Shown here: one piece after another, positions 13,140 through 28,078 of the stretch | Position numbering within the stretch: position 1 is the stretch's first letter | Layout: the number at the start of each line of letters is the position of its first letter | Assembly: GCA_964016885.1 (NCBI GenBank) | Contig: OZ024742.1 | Location: 111,600,001-111,664,000 of the forward strand | Direction of reading: 5' to 3' | From: Eledone cirrhosa | Taxonomy: Eukaryota | DNA: 64,000 nucleotides | Position numbers and translations under genes: made by a program | The notes under the pieces: model-generated | Seen by the model: only the letters and a program-made list of their open reading frames with translations | What the model was told of the DNA's origin: nothing | Database searches by the model: none

Positions 13140-14266
13140 TTGATTTGTAGACAAGCTATATGGATAAACCCCGGTTACGGCCTCTCACAAGCCCAAGGTA
13201 GGTCCCCTACACCCCGGACCAATGAACAACAACAACCACCCATGGTTTGCGGTCCCTATGGTGGATGGTCCACCGGATCCTCTACTGGTTAGGAGTCATC
13301 TAAACAAGGTTTTATTGAACCTGATTTTATATATATATGTATATATGTATCATGTGTATATATATGTGTATTTTATATGTGTATGTATGCGTATTTTATA
13401 TATGTGTGCGTATCTGTATGTATATATTTTATATATATATGTGTATGTGTGTGTGTATTTTTTTATATATATATGTATGTTTTACGTGTGTATATATTTT
13501 GTGTGTGTGTGTGTATTCTATGTATATATATATTTTTTTATATTTTTGTATGTATAGATTTTATATATATGTATGTTCTGTGTATATATATATATATTAT
13601 ATATATATATATATGTGTATACTTGTGCGTACATGCATGCATATATATATATATATATACAAACCTGTATGGATTTGTGTGTGTAGGTGTGTGAGTGTCT
13701 GAGGGGATAGGTGTGAGTGTATGTACAAGTCAACCAGCATAAACTTTTTATTTCTAAATTTTTTAAACTATCTAAGTATTGGACTCTAACCATTTTATTA
13801 AGTATTACCACCCCACTTTTTGTATGTGTGGATGTGTGTGTGTGTGTATGGGTGGGTGTGTGAGTGTAGTGCAAGCCAACCTACATAAGCCTTTTTATTT
13901 GTAAACTTTCTACTCCAAACATAATTTTCAGTAGCACCACTCCACATAAATTCCTCAATTTAAGAATGACCTGTAGTATCTACTTCATACTATTAACCTT
14001 ATTTGAAAATATATCTGACCAAGAATGCCTTTTGTGAAAATCAGTCATGTGGAACTATTATCATCTTGCCTGACGATTTGAACCTCACAGAACCACCTGC
14101 CTCTTTGAGGTCAAATACCAACCTACTACCATCTACAAACTGACCAATGAGAATCAAGACCATTCCTGCTGACAACATCAAATTATTCCTAACAAGCTCA
14201 TATGTCCCATTGCTCTGATACCATCAACACTATACACACAGAGCTGGCCTATCTAAGAACTGATTA

Positions 14267-14322
14267 ACTGCCTGATGAGGTCATAGCCATTCAATGGCTA
14301 TCATCGAAATATATATAGCAGT
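14267..14322 (+). ncRNA. Hammerhead ribozyme at the end of a PLE-like terminal repeat (~13700-14370)
   Basis: actgc CTGATGA ggtc-atagccat-tca-atggctat-catc GAAA tatata TA gcagt, followed by AATAAA at 14324. Stem I is actgc/gcagt and stem III is palindromic. Confidence 0.8.
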
Positions 14323-14367
14323 AAATAAAGGATTATGAGTTCATGCAATTGACTTATGTTTTGTCAC

Positions 14368-14425
<58 letters not shown>

Positions 14426-14465
14426 TATGAGTGTGTGTGTGTGTGTATGTGTGTAGGAGTGTGTG

Positions 14466-14505
<40 letters not shown>

Positions 14506-14552
14506 TGTATAAATACATATTTATTTATGTATTTATTTATTTAAACACCCTG

Positions 14553-14608
<56 letters not shown>

Positions 14609-14619
14609 TATAGATACAT

Positions 14620-14720
14620 GCAGGGTATCCCAACAAAATCTATACACACTTTGATTACCTGTACAGGCAATATTTATTAGAATGCAGTTGAAGTGTGTAT
14701 ACATTTCTTTGGTCAACCTT
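14620..14720. mobile_element. Tc1/mariner-type MITE
   Basis: Imperfect ~30-bp TIRs cagggtatcccaacaaaatctatacacactt / aagtgtgtatacatttctttggtcaacct, next to TA-rich sequence. Confidence 0.5.
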
Positions 14721-15515
14721 TATATATATTCAAAAGCGAATGACATATATAGAAATATATCAAACATTAAAAGAGGAGATAATTTGCAAATAATGTAAGA
14801 ACATATAATTACAAATGAGCATTATAGTCAGTTTAACAACAATACAACAACCGGTACACCAAATAACTATTTTACACTCTTTGTACACGATATAGCGCGT
14901 ATCTATGATTTTCTTAGACACCATATCTTGTTTTTTCCTTTTAGTAATAAAAAATATGCCTCTGATTGGTATTCTAATCAATCTTTTTATTTTTGAATAT
15001 TTTTTTGTCTGCTATTTCTAGGGTTTCACATATATATTTACGTCACGTAGACAAAAGTGAGGCACGGGGGTCTTTTTCGAAACTCCATGTGCGTTTCAGC
15101 CAGATTCTCATATTTATTTTGGAGATGTAATTTTATATAATGGTCTCCCGCCGATAATCCTAATTGATTATTGAACTTAACCAGCCCAAAAGGGAAACAT
15201 GATTGTGTAGCCATTAAGGTAATATGTAAGCGAGACTAACATAGTTTTTTGGAGTCCACTATGTACCGCTTGATATACTACACATTTGCATTTATACGTT
15301 CTTACATTCTTTGCACAGAAACTCCTGTTTTAATGTTTGATGTATTTCAATATATGTCATTCGCATCTGAATTAAAATTAACAGCTCGGAATTTATCCCT
15401 AAGCTTTCTTTGCTGGCGATATAGCGCGTTTTGTGATTTTCTCAGACACACCATCTTTATTAATTTTACTAAAACATATATACATATATATATATACACG
15501 CACATACACACGCAG

Positions 15516-15572
<57 letters not shown>

Positions 15573-15716
15573 CGGGGAGTTCGGTGGGGGGTGTATGTAT
15601 AACATATAAAGTGCTGTTTCGCTCATGTTACTGTGGAATTATAATAAAATAATTTCACGACAAGCAATACGCACACAATCACTCGCACAGTTACATACAC
15701 ACACATACGCACACTT

Positions 15717-15747
<31 letters not shown>

Positions 15748-16409
15748 TGTGTGTGTGTGTGCACATATATGCATCAAGATGGAAATAAAATAGTTTATTG
15801 TACATCTTAGTTTAATAGGAAATGAGAGGTGCTAACCACAGGGCATGAGACAGGTACGAGTCTCTCTATCATTTGCTTTTGACATATTTTGGATTATAAA
15901 ATTTAGCTTTATACTGTGTATATAAACTGAGCATGTAAGGTTTTCAATGCATGTTTGACTGAAAACTGATTCAGAAGGAATCTAATAGAGACAGAGTTAT
16001 AGTAACTATCTCAGTGTATTTGTCATATATGTATGTGTAAGTTATATCTAATTACGTACTGCGTTCTCTCGTCAATGGTAATTAATGTTGTCATGTACAT
16101 ATCTCGAATCGGTGCTCTATAGATATACTCAAAAATATGTTATATTAACATGACATTTATTAGGATACCTTTAGCTAAAATTCTGTCAATAAATGTTTTG
16201 TTGCATGCAAATGAATGAAGTATTCTGAATAAGAATCTGCCAGGAAAGCTAAATGTATAGAAATTCAACATTTCTCATAATAATGACGCACCTGTTTAAC
16301 ATGTGATATTAGAGAAAAGGGAGTAGTAGACTTACTTGCAATTTAGTTTTACCTCCCTATCTATCTATCTATCTATCTCTTTATATCAACGAAACATTTC
16401 TCTCGCCCC

Positions 16410-16444
<35 letters not shown>

Positions 16445-17974
16445 CATATGCTCACACACACACAAACTCATATGTATATGTGCGTACGCGTGTATGTGTG
16501 TATGGATGTACGTGCATGCTTGTATACGTGAAGACAATGGTATTCATGGATATATATATATATTTATATATATATATATATACATATATATATTGCTTCT
16601 GATACCCTTATTCCCTTAATCAACACTTATATTTCATTAGGTTGTATTGTGAAACAGCATAGTAACTCATCTACTTTTCCTCTGCAAATTCATCAAAGCG
16701 ATTTTATAAACCTCGATATGGTAATTAGAAGGCTCTAGTTTGTGAGAGACTTGCTTAAATAGCCAAATTAAGAAAACATATCTCATGCAAATCGGATTCT
16801 ATATAGTAAACCATATATTATTGAACCACTTGGCATTGGGCTCTATGTGTTTTGCAGACGAAGACCCAAAAGATCGAAATATATTGTCCTCTCAACATCC
16901 AAACTATATTCATTTTCGTCATAAGCAATATAAATTAATTATTTTACACATTTCTTAATCTACTGAACATGAATTGCTGCGCTGAAAATGCCACGATAAT
17001 TTATTTTAAATTTTGTAACTAAGATGTACATTAATATGCTTCTATAGTTTTTATTGTTTGTCATTGGGAAGAAGCAAGCAAACTTAATATAGTTTTAATT
17101 CGAATGAAGGTTAGCTATAATATAATAGATTAAAATTGTTTCTTTTTTCTTTTATTTTTCCGTAATATTCAGGAACCAAGAACGATGTGCCACTGGAATG
17201 CTTTTCTAGCAAGCTGAAATCAATACAAGAAATATTTACTTTATTCCATTAATGGTTACATCAGTAATATAAGAGCAGGAAATATTGCGAAATGGATTTG
17301 ATTTATTACTGTAATCTAAACTGATTACAGAATCTTTTTGTAATTTGGCTACTAGCAGTATATTTTGAGATATTTCTTGTTAAACCAGATCATAATATCG
17401 CAGACCTTTTCAATAATTGCTAAAACGACAGAAATATCTAACGATTGGTATGCAGAATATGCTTTTACGAGCCACAGTTTGAAATTGGGTGGACGTGAAT
17501 ATTCCTTATCACAATTTTATTACTTACTCATAAGTAACAGACATTATTGTTTCTCGACAAATAGAGATAGTAAAAGAAGCTAAGAACTATTTTATAGTGT
17601 CTAGAATTACTGACATTTTCACTATTATTGCAACTCCAGTGTGTCTTTGAGGTAATAGAGAAAAATACCATTTATTGAAAGAACGATAAAACTTTAAACT
17701 GATGTCTACGAAGGCTATCAAGTTCAACCAAACAGTAACGTTTACAGCTTTCGCAACTTTTCTTCTATTCAGTAGATTTGATACATCTCAAATTGGATTT
17801 CACTTTTCATAAAATTGTTGTTAAATTATAATTTGAAATTTCTACTAAAATGAAGCGGTACAGCTATACTAGTTACACTAATAATTTTCCATTGCCTACG
17901 TAGGCAAGTAATTTACAAAATTAAGGTCTTTCATTGATTGTCTCTACCTGTGTTACTTCCTTCATGTGCGTCTC

Positions 17975-18446
<472 letters not shown>

Positions 18447-18461
18447 AGTAATAATAATAAA

Positions 18462-18615
18462 TGTGAAGTCTAAAATCTGAAGAGGGCTCGATAAGGATAA
18501 TATATATATCAAATATATCAAAACCATAGAGGAAATATCTATTAAAATACCAGATTAAAGTTTAAGCAAAGAATCGCTGCTTTCACCCTCAGGGGATATT
18601 CTGAAACTTGTTTCA
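18462..18615 (+). repeat. Unclassified dispersed ~140-bp repeat (also 48195-48335 and 61022-61151)
   Basis: All three copies share tgtgaa..ctaaaatccgaagagggctcgataaggat...caaatatttatta...gtttaagcaaagaatcgctgctttc. Confidence 0.75.
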
Positions 18616-18647
18616 TAACTATATTTATATTATATATATATATATAT

Positions 18648-18866
18648 AAACGGAAAAAATGATACGAAATTTCATTTCCCACTCTTAGTATGGCTGTTAC
18701 TTAAATATAAGTATGTACACGGACAAACATATATGTATACAGACGTACAGTAGTATGTATATATATATACATACATGCACACACATATATATGTACGTAT
18801 GGATGCACCGAACATTTATTGTAATGCTCGGTGTGTTTGTAAACAAACATCCGGTATTAAACCGTG
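18648..18866 (-). mobile_element. ~470-bp hammerhead repeat family, copy 2 (truncated before the ribozyme)
   Basis: Matches 57441-57700. The sequence breaks off where the Tx1-like LINE region begins. Confidence 0.75.
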
Positions 18867-21800
18867 TCTTTTTTCATGGGCTTTCTCCACGAATAACCTT
18901 CTGAATTCTGCTCCCTATTGGGGAATTTTTCATTCTTTCTTTTTTTGTGACATCACCTGTTTTTTTTTTTTTACACGCAGAAATGCCCATTTATACCTTC
19001 CTGTATTGTCCTGTATTTTTCTTAATGTCATGAAGAAAAGCAGCAGCAGCGGCAACAGTGGCGAGGAAAATACTAGTAGCAGCCGCAACAACATCATCAG
19101 CAGCATAAACAATAACACAGCAGCAGCAACAGCAACAAAAACAACAGCAGCAGTCACAGCAACAACAGCAACAACAACAACAGCAACAGCGGCGGCGACG
19201 GTCGTAGTAACAGCAGCAGCAACAAAAGTAACAGCAGCTCTGACGACAACAACATGAAGAAAGAAAAAACAATCTCGTTTGCAGGTATCGCAAAGAATCT
19301 GGAAACCATCCTTATAACAAATGAGGAATTACAGGAAGCAAGGAAGATGGTGACGGAAACCGGACACCGAGCAATCTGCAAGGCAGCCGAAGAAATTTTT
19401 GAAACCCAACACCACTGTAGTGTCACGTACCGTACAGTAAGCACAAAATCACGTAGGGTTGAAAGAGACACAGAGGCTCAAATACAAAAAGCCTTAGGGT
19501 CTGTGTGGCAGTGGAAAACGCATATCACTCGAGGCAATCATATGCGACCGTGGACATGCTTTTTGCCACACCCAAGGAGGCAAAGGCTCAATCCTTAGTG
19601 ACCCTAAGGAGCGAGGAAATGGTGTTGGTGCCCTCCTACTGCGGGCAAAAAATTGTGAGGGTCAAACTGACCCAAGTCCCCCCCAACCCCCGGATGGCTG
19701 GCCGCGTCTGTCCTCGTCGGAATCGAGGACAAAAGAACCGTACTGCAAGTACAGAAAAAAGTACGAGAAGATTGGCTCGGCGCTACATTAACATGTCAAT
19801 TCAAACCAACCAGGAGTGCACCGAACCTTTCCCGGATGTGATAGACTTCGATAACGGGACTCAACTTCTCATAAGTGTTGAGGGCAAATGCCCGAAATGC
19901 TTTAGCTGTGGGTCGAAGACTCACCTCAGGGCCTTCTGCATTGAGAAGACCCTGAAAAAGGAGAAAAACCCCCCTCCTACCGAAACCGGCTCCACTGCTA
20001 CCAGCAACAGGACAGGCGGCAAGCAGGAACGATAGATCCGTGGCACCCACACCCACGCCACGGAAAGCAGCAGCAGTGAAAGTATTAACAACAACAACAG
20101 TAATACCAGCTGCAACAGAGCCTCCACTGTAACCATCACCAACAAAAGCAAGTGAATGAGTGGAGCTGGTACCCCTCCCCGACCTCACAGAATAGGACAT
20201 GGAGTGTGAGGTGGAAAAGGGATGGCAAAAGGTCGCAAGAAGGCACAAATGCAGAAGCAGCGCATCGTTGCCTTCGAAAAGGGAGGGAAGAAATAAAAAA
20301 AGGGTGAAGGTTACTGCAAAGAGACTTACAGCAGCAACAGCACCAATACCATTACCACCCACACTAGCATTACCATCACCACTGGTGGCAACCCCACCGC
20401 CAACAACAACAACACCTTCAACAACACCACCACAATCACCAACATCGCAAACACAACAGCAAATCACACACACCCAGAAACAACGACAAGAAAATAGCAG
20501 AACCACACTCCACCGACAGAAAAAGAAATGCACAGCAATAAATACACACAACAAGAAACTAATGACTTACATAATTGAACACACAGACATTTCACAGCAC
20601 GACTACATAATACCAGCACCAATCAAAACACCAACGAACAAAAGACTGGTCAGAATATCACAGAAACAATACACAAACATTAAAATGAAATTCCCCAACG
20701 CAGTTGGTGATTTCAGAGACCTAGGAGGGACACTCAACCGGAGAATATACTGGGATATACTCACAGAAGAGCCGACGACCAGCCGAAGGGACGATTCAAC
20801 GGTCCCTTCACCAGACGATCAAGGTAAGTGATCCTTTATCCCTTGCTCCGTTCCTCACCCAACATGGTCGTATTCAGGATCGGAAATGTAAAATCGGAAG
20901 TGTAACCTTCGGAAGTGCGTGGCTTGAGCTCGGTTTGGAAGCAGGGTCAGTTGCTTAACGACCACAGGTCACTAAACATAGATGTGGTGGCCATCAGCGA
21001 GACGAGAATCTCCGAAACGCAAGCTACGCACCGATCTTCGACGGTAACGAGGTGTATGCATCTCTGAGCCGTCCGGGATCGAGGGTGGAGTGGCTGTTTT
21101 GTTTCGGAAAGGCTTTGGTCTCGCCATACGGACCATCTTCCTAGACCCAGAAGATAAGTCAGTGGTGCTGGACGTAAGCGGCACCGAAGGCAACGCTTTC
21201 AGGCTAGTAGCCGTCTATGCCCCGAAAGGGACAGGACGGTCAGATTTCTTCAGAGTTTTAGAGACTTTACTTGGAACGTCGCGTTCTTTAGTGTTAGTGG
21301 GCGACTGGAACGGTATCTTGGATGCACGCTGGGATAGTGTGGGGCTAGTGGATAGAGGAGGAGGGTGCAAGAGCCTCACGAACCTGCTTAGACGTTTTGA
21401 ACTGTCTGACAGGTATCAGTTGGATCACCCGAATGTGCCAATGTGGACATGGACAAACCCCATCGGTTCACGCAGATCGTATCTCGATAGGGTATTCTGC
21501 AGAGAACTAGATTAGGCTAGTATAAGTTGTCCACAATTTAAAATAGTCGACTAAAGAGACCACAAATTTGTGATCTGTGAGATCGACATAGACGGACTTC
21601 ATAGACAAGGACCTGGTTACTGGAAGCTGAACGCGTCTTTCCCGGCGCGCAAAGCCTATAGAGACCGTATTGGCGTATTAGTTAGGCGGGTGATGACGGG
21701 AGCGGTCGTCAACAACAGGTGGTGGTTCGCCCTAAAAAGGGCAATTAAAGTAGAGTCTATTAGGTTTAGCAAAGGACTAGTGATAGAGGAAAATAAAGTA

Positions 21801-24064
21801 GAGGGAGAATTAGTCAGAAAGCTAGAATAGGCGTTTATGACCGGCATCGCAACCGACGTGCTTGCGGCGTGATTGGCACTCGACCAATTCTTCAACGCAA
21901 AACACGAAGGCTACGTTGTCAGAGCTAGAGCGCGTGCTCAGAAACACGAGGGGACGAAAGCCGTCTAATGGACCCGGGTGGCAGAGTAGCGACGTGGCAA
22001 CAACGCCACAATTCCGTCTTTATCTGACCAAAACGGGCGCGTGTTGCTCGAACACGAGCACATGTATGAAGCTTTTCAGCAGCACTTTGCTGAACTGTTC
22101 GGGAGCAGCGGTGGGCCGGATCGAGGTATGGATTTCAGCGCAGAACTCGACGGACTGCCTCGTCTCTCGTCGACCGCAGCACAGTGTTGCGAAAGGCCAA
22201 TAACAGCCGGTGAAATATGAGGATCGATGGCTAACTGCACAAGAGGTAAATCGGCAGGTTTGGATGGTCAGCCCTACGAGATTTATTCATTTATGCCAGA
22301 CTTGTTCGGTGACCTCTTGGCAGACGTCAACTGCAACTGGCAGTAGAACGGGAACATTCCCAGTTTTGTGAGCCGGAGAGAAGTGGTGCTGCTGAGAAAA
22401 GACCCGAACAAGGGGGATGTTATCGATAATTTCAGGCCCATAACCCTGCCAAACGCAGAGTTCAAGATTTTGGTCCAGGTGTTAGCAACGAGGTTGGCGC
22501 TTGTCGTCAAAGGTCTGTTGGGAGAGTCGCAGACATGCGCCATTCCGGACAGATCCATACACGACAACCTCCACAGCGTCGTGGGGCGTTGGACGGACGG
22601 ACCGGTTAAATTGATCGGGGGTCTGGTTCGGACCGGACCTCCAGATGGAGAAAAACTGGAACGAGGTGACGAGTAGGATGGCCTCCCTCACCCAGAAATG
22701 GGCCGAGAGGAAGCTATCTATGAAAGGTCGGGCGGAGGTGGCGAATGCGTACATCGCACCCGTCATCTGCTACCGCCTTATCGTCGTCCCTTGCTCCAGC
22801 CCAACTCTCACCAAAATGGAGCGCCTTCTCTTCCGCTTTTTGTGGAAGTGACGCGCTCCCATGGTCAGACGAACCATCTGCTGTCAACACCCGTTGCGTG
22901 GAGGACTGGGCATGCCATGACTGATGATGCGCAAACATGCGCTGAGACTGCGACATCTCTGGTGCTTCCTTGATGGTGAACCGCTGTGGTCGCCGTTCGC
23001 TAGGCACGTTTTCCCACAGATCCTCTTCTTGACGCAGCTGCAGTCCTGGGTCAGAAAAAGACCGAGGAATAGCGCTTGGAAACTGGAATGTCTCCAGGCG
23101 CTCACTGCCCTCTGCCAGCTGGGCACCAGTATCGGTGGAACATCCACCTCGGCGTTCTATAGAGGTCTAGTGGAGGGGAAGAGCGACGACATTCTCGGAG
23201 AGATCCTGGGCGTCGAAGACGATTAGCTGTTTGCTCTCTTTCGGAGAACTTTCAGCCCGGGGCCTATGGATAACTTCCAAATATCACTGGCCTGGCAGTG
23301 CTACCGGGGAGCGCTGCCGGTTCGAGATAAGCTCTACAGGCAGGGAAGTGCCGTCAGCCGAGCCTGTCCGAGATGCGCGCAGAGCGACGAAACCGTCGTG
23401 CACGCACTCGTTCAGTGCCCGAGCATTGCTGACTTGTGGAGCTATGTCGAACAGTTGTTGTCGCGTGTAGGACTGACCCGGTTGTCGACTGAGTCCATTG
23501 TGCATATGGTCTCGCCGTCTTCCTTCGAGGAGGAAGGGCAGGCGGTTTTCATCTGCCTGGTGGCCATGGCGAAAGAGATTGTGTGGTGGACAAGGTTAAA
23601 AGGGTTAAAGACAGACACTTTCCTCTTCGGCGAATCCCTAATTAACTTTTTAAAGTTTCACTTCAAGAGGAAAATCAGGGTGGAGAGGCAAGTGCTGCCT
23701 TCTAGCAAGTTTGTTGAAAGGTGGGTGAATATAGCGAGAATGGTCCGAGAGATATACGTCTGTAGTTTGAGAAATGGAAAAATTGAGAGAGGGCGCTTGC
23801 CCTGGTGGTCAGGGTGGCCGTGGTTTTTTTGTGTGATTTTCGCCACGAGTAACCCTCGGAGGTGAGGTTTCCCCACTATTGTGGGATTTTTCATTGTTTC
23901 AATTTTCATTTTTATTGTTTATATATATATATGTTTCTATGTCCTTTTTTTTTCTTTTCTTATATAAATAATAAAAATATTTACACGCACAAAACCCACG
24001 TCGTACCGTCCTGTACCATCCTCTGCCGTCTGTAATGTTTTTCTTGATGTCAGCCCTTGTCGGC
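18867..24064 (+). mobile_element. L1/Tx1-clade non-LTR retrotransposon, decayed, with internal RT deletion
   Basis: ORF1 has a CCHC knuckle CFSCGSKTHLRAFC. ORF2 has the APE domain (RLVAVYAP, LVGDWN, YLDRVF, GPGYWKLN), early RT (NFRPITL.NAEFKIL, QTCAIPDRSIHDN) and a C-terminal CPRC..ETVVHALVQC zinc finger. Many stops. The 5' boundary is approximate. Confidence 0.9.
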
Positions 24065-27000
24065 ATTATTATTATTATTATTATTATTACAGTTGCATTT
24101 ATCTTGCTTTACGTTCATACGAGTTATCACCAAGTCACAACCAGTGACCTCAAGAGACAACAAGGTCCGCCATGTTCAAGTAAGAACATACATACTCACA
24201 CATGCATCTTTAGTGTTTAGACTTGTGATGTACTTATATTGACATAATCTTCCTTAGTATATGGGCAGTTCCCATTAGTACTATCTTTTGTATTTCTCCT
24301 ATATGCGGGTTTCCTGGGGTCGAAAAATCAGCTAATGGTTCAAACCTTCCCATCACTTCGGAGCTGGAGACCTCCCATAACCGGAATACCCTTACTGTTG
24401 GCCTCCATGCTCACCACCAAGAAATCCAAAGAAAAAGAGAGAAGCATGGTCAAGGGAAGATAATAAAGAAGTCCTTGATGCTTTCTACACTGCCATGTAC
24501 TACCCATCAAATACATCGAATACAGAACAGACACATATCAACTGGAAAAAGAAACATCCTGAAAACAAAGGCTATGTTGACAGTAACAAATTAGCCAATA
24601 TACGAAGAAATATTGTAAAAAAAAAGTTACTAACTGATATAGAAATTGATCAGATCAAGCTATTAGCACAAATGAAACATGTGTCAGTAAAAACGAGATA
24701 AATTGTAACACTTCGAATCCCAGGGTTGGGGCGGAATCACTGACAACAGAATAAATTAAAGAAAGGATCGAAAAAGTGGAGGAGTGCATGCTCAAGATGA
24801 AACTCCAAATGAAATCTATGAGATCGTAAATGATAAAGAAATGAATGAGAATGAACTTGCCAACTTGAAGGATGAAATTATGATCGAATGGATGAAAATG
24901 AAAGAATCGGACATGGGGCAACGAGACACCCTCCCTAAGATCCAGAACTCCAAACAGAACCAAAAGATAATTTACAAGACTAAAATAATTCTCAAAAACA
25001 TTACCATCACAAACAAACTAAACATTACTGATTTAAATCATCTCTATTATGCATCGGCTAAAGTCACCACTCATTTATGTGGAGTGAAGATGAAAAAACA
25101 AAGGAATTCCCACAAGAAATCTACTTGGCAAGAGAACATCAATCGCCAAATAAACCTTCTCCGATCTGACACAGAAATGTTAACAAACTATAATGTAGGT
25201 GAACATGTTAAACAAACTAAACTTAGAAAATTGAAAAGAAAGTACAGTATAAAATCAACAAGTGACATAGACATGCTGATAGAAATAATCAAGCAAAAAG
25301 TGTCGGCCAAAGCTGCTCGTATAAGGCCCTTTGAAAAACGATCTAGATTCTATAAGGACAATAATATGTTCAAAAACAACCAAAGAAACTTCTACAGAAA
25401 AATTGGTAAGTCAACAATAACTGCTAAATCAATACCACCCAAGGAGGAAGTGCAAGAATTCTGGGAAAAGATGTGGGCCGAAGAAAAAGTTCATAATATA
25501 CATGCCCCATGGATAGACAGACAAATGAAAGATACAGCTCACCTTGAGGAACAAATATGGGAAAATATAACAGTTGAACAGTTGCGTTGGCTCTAAGAAA
25601 AACCACCAAATGGAAATCCCCAGGAAAAGACAACATACAGAATTTTTGGATAAATGCCTTCACAGAGTCTCATGAGATGTTAGCCTAAACATTACAATGA
25701 AATAGTTAAGGAGCCAGAAAAGATACCATCATGGCTAGTTAACGGCATTACATTCCTGCTTCCGAAGAATGATGATACAAACAATCCAAAAAATTACAGA
25801 CCGATAACTTGCTAGACCACAATGTATACAATTTTAACATCAGTCCTAACTGAATGTACATATGACCACCTGATAACAAATGACCTATTTTCCATTGAGC
25901 AGAAAGGGTGTAAACGAGGCTCATATGGCTGTAAGGATCAGCTTTTGGTTAACAAAATGATACAGAAAGATTGCCATAATAGACACAAAAATCAATCAAT
26001 TGCTTGGATAGATTATAAAAAAGCATCCGATAGTTTACCATACAGTTGGATTGAAAAATGTTTAGGGATTTTCAAAATATCTCCCGTTGTCAGGATGTTT
26101 TTGTCATTCAGTATGAAGACATGGAAAACGACACTCCTTTTGAATAGTGAAACAAAATCACTGGAAGCTGGAGAAGTTAATATTAATTGTGGAATTTTTC
26201 AGGGTGACTCTTTATCACCGCTTTTATTCTGCATCGCAATTATACCATTAAGTAAAATGCTCAATGAAACAAAACATGGATATAAAGTCTATGACAAAAC
26301 CATTAATCACTTGTTCTACAGGGATGACCTGAAACTATTTGCAAAAACTGATGAACAAGAGCAAGGGCTATTATCCACTGTGGAGCAGTTCAGTGATGAC
26401 ATTAAAATTGAGTTTGGACGAGATATATGCGCCAAAGCAACGCTTACCAGAGGAAAGCTGCTGAAAAGTTAAGACATTAATCTTGATCGGGGGAATGTGA
26501 TAAGAGAACTTGATCAAAAGGAAACTTACAATATCTAGGCGTTTGTGAAGGAGACGGAATCAAGCACTCGACAATGAGGGAAAGGATAAGGAAGGAATGT
26601 TACCGCAGAGTAAGAGCAATCTTAAGAACGGAATTGAATGCAAGGAATAGGATCGATGCCATAAACACGCTTGCCATACCAGTAGTAACCTACAGTTAGA
26701 ATGTCATCAACTGGTCAAGCACAGAGATCCGTAGGCTCGATACAAACATTCGAAAATTCTTAACCATGCACAGAATGCATCACCCTAAGGCAGATATAGA
26801 TAGAATATATCTCCCTAGGAAAGAAGGAGGACGTGGGTTAATCCAGTTAGACATTGCGTTGAAAACTGCAACAATTGGATTATCTACATATCTAAGGGAA
26901 TCATATGATTGGATTATCAAACTCGTTTTGAAACACGAAAGCATCAAAAAATCATACTCCATTACAAAAGATGCACAAAGATACAGTAATGGACTACAAA

Positions 27001-28009
27001 TTTCAGAAGTCCCATTTACTGCTTAAATGGAAAACACAGAAAAAGCAAAGCAGGTAAAAGTAACTGCAAAGAAAGAACTGCTACAGAAACTGGCTAAGAA
27101 ATGGCAAGAAAAGCTTCTGTATGGAAAATACACAGAACGAGCTAACAATCCTGATGTTGACAAAACTTTAACCCATCAGTGGTTGGCATCCTCTGGACTG
27201 AAATCGGAGACTGAAGGACTGATTATATCAGCACAAGATCAGTGTCTGCCAAAATAAAATTACCAACCCAACATAATAAAAAATGGATGCAGCCCATTAT
27301 GTCTATTATGTGTATGAAAAAACAACCAGAGACCATTGACCATATAATTTCAATGTGCAGTCCTATAGCTCCAACCGAATACCTAAACAGGCATGACAGA
27401 GCTGCACAATACATACATTGGATAATGTGTAAGCATTTTGACCTGCCCCATCAAAAGAATTGGTGGGAGCATCAACCACCTCCCATACTTGAAAAAGATC
27501 ACATCTCAATCTTGTGGAACTTTAGCATCCAAACAGACCGAAAAATAGATGCAAATAGACCTGATATAATATTGAAGGACTTTAAAAAGAGGGTATGCCT
27601 GCTAATTGATATGTCCGTTCCAATAGACAAGAATGTATCTATAAAAACATTTGAAAAATTGAGCAAGTATAAGGAGATAGAAACTGGAAAAATGTGGAAA
27701 TTGAGAACTAAAACAATACCAGTGGTTGTAGGCGCTCTAGGAATGATACCTAAGGGGTCTAATGATTACTTATCGCAAATCCCAGGAAACCCGCGTATAG
27801 GAGAAATACAAAAGATTGTACTAATGGGAACTGCCCATATACTAAGGAAGATTCTGTCAATATAAGTACATCACAAGTCTAAACACCTAAAGATGCATGT
27901 GTGAATATGTATGTTCTTGCTTGAACATGGCGGACCTTGTTGTCTCTTGAGGTCACTGGTTGTGACTTGGTGATAACTCGTATGAACATAAAGCAAGATA
28001 AATGCAGCT

Positions 28010-28077
<68 letters not shown>
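24065..28077 (+). mobile_element. R4/Dong-clade restriction-like-endonuclease non-LTR retrotransposon, near full length, decayed
   Basis: RT motifs EQKGCKRGSYGCKDQL, WIDYKKA.DS, GIFQGDSLSPLLF, HLFYRDDLKL. REL motifs RHD, NRPDII, IDMSVP, EKLSKY. It ends in a (TAA)n tail at 28011-28077. Bases 24065-24318 are an inverted copy of its own 3' end. Confidence 0.9.

Positions 28078-28078
<1 letters not shown>

Noticed and set aside
16853-16890. cagacgaagacccaaaagatcgaaatatattgtc hammerhead-like motif
   Set aside because: The core is mutated and there is no stem I pairing; too degenerate to call.
20199-20831. Pro/Thr-rich 210-aa ORF as a host mucin-like gene
   Set aside because: It lies between the ORF1 knuckle and the ORF2 start of the Tx1-like element; most likely the low-complexity ORF1 tail.
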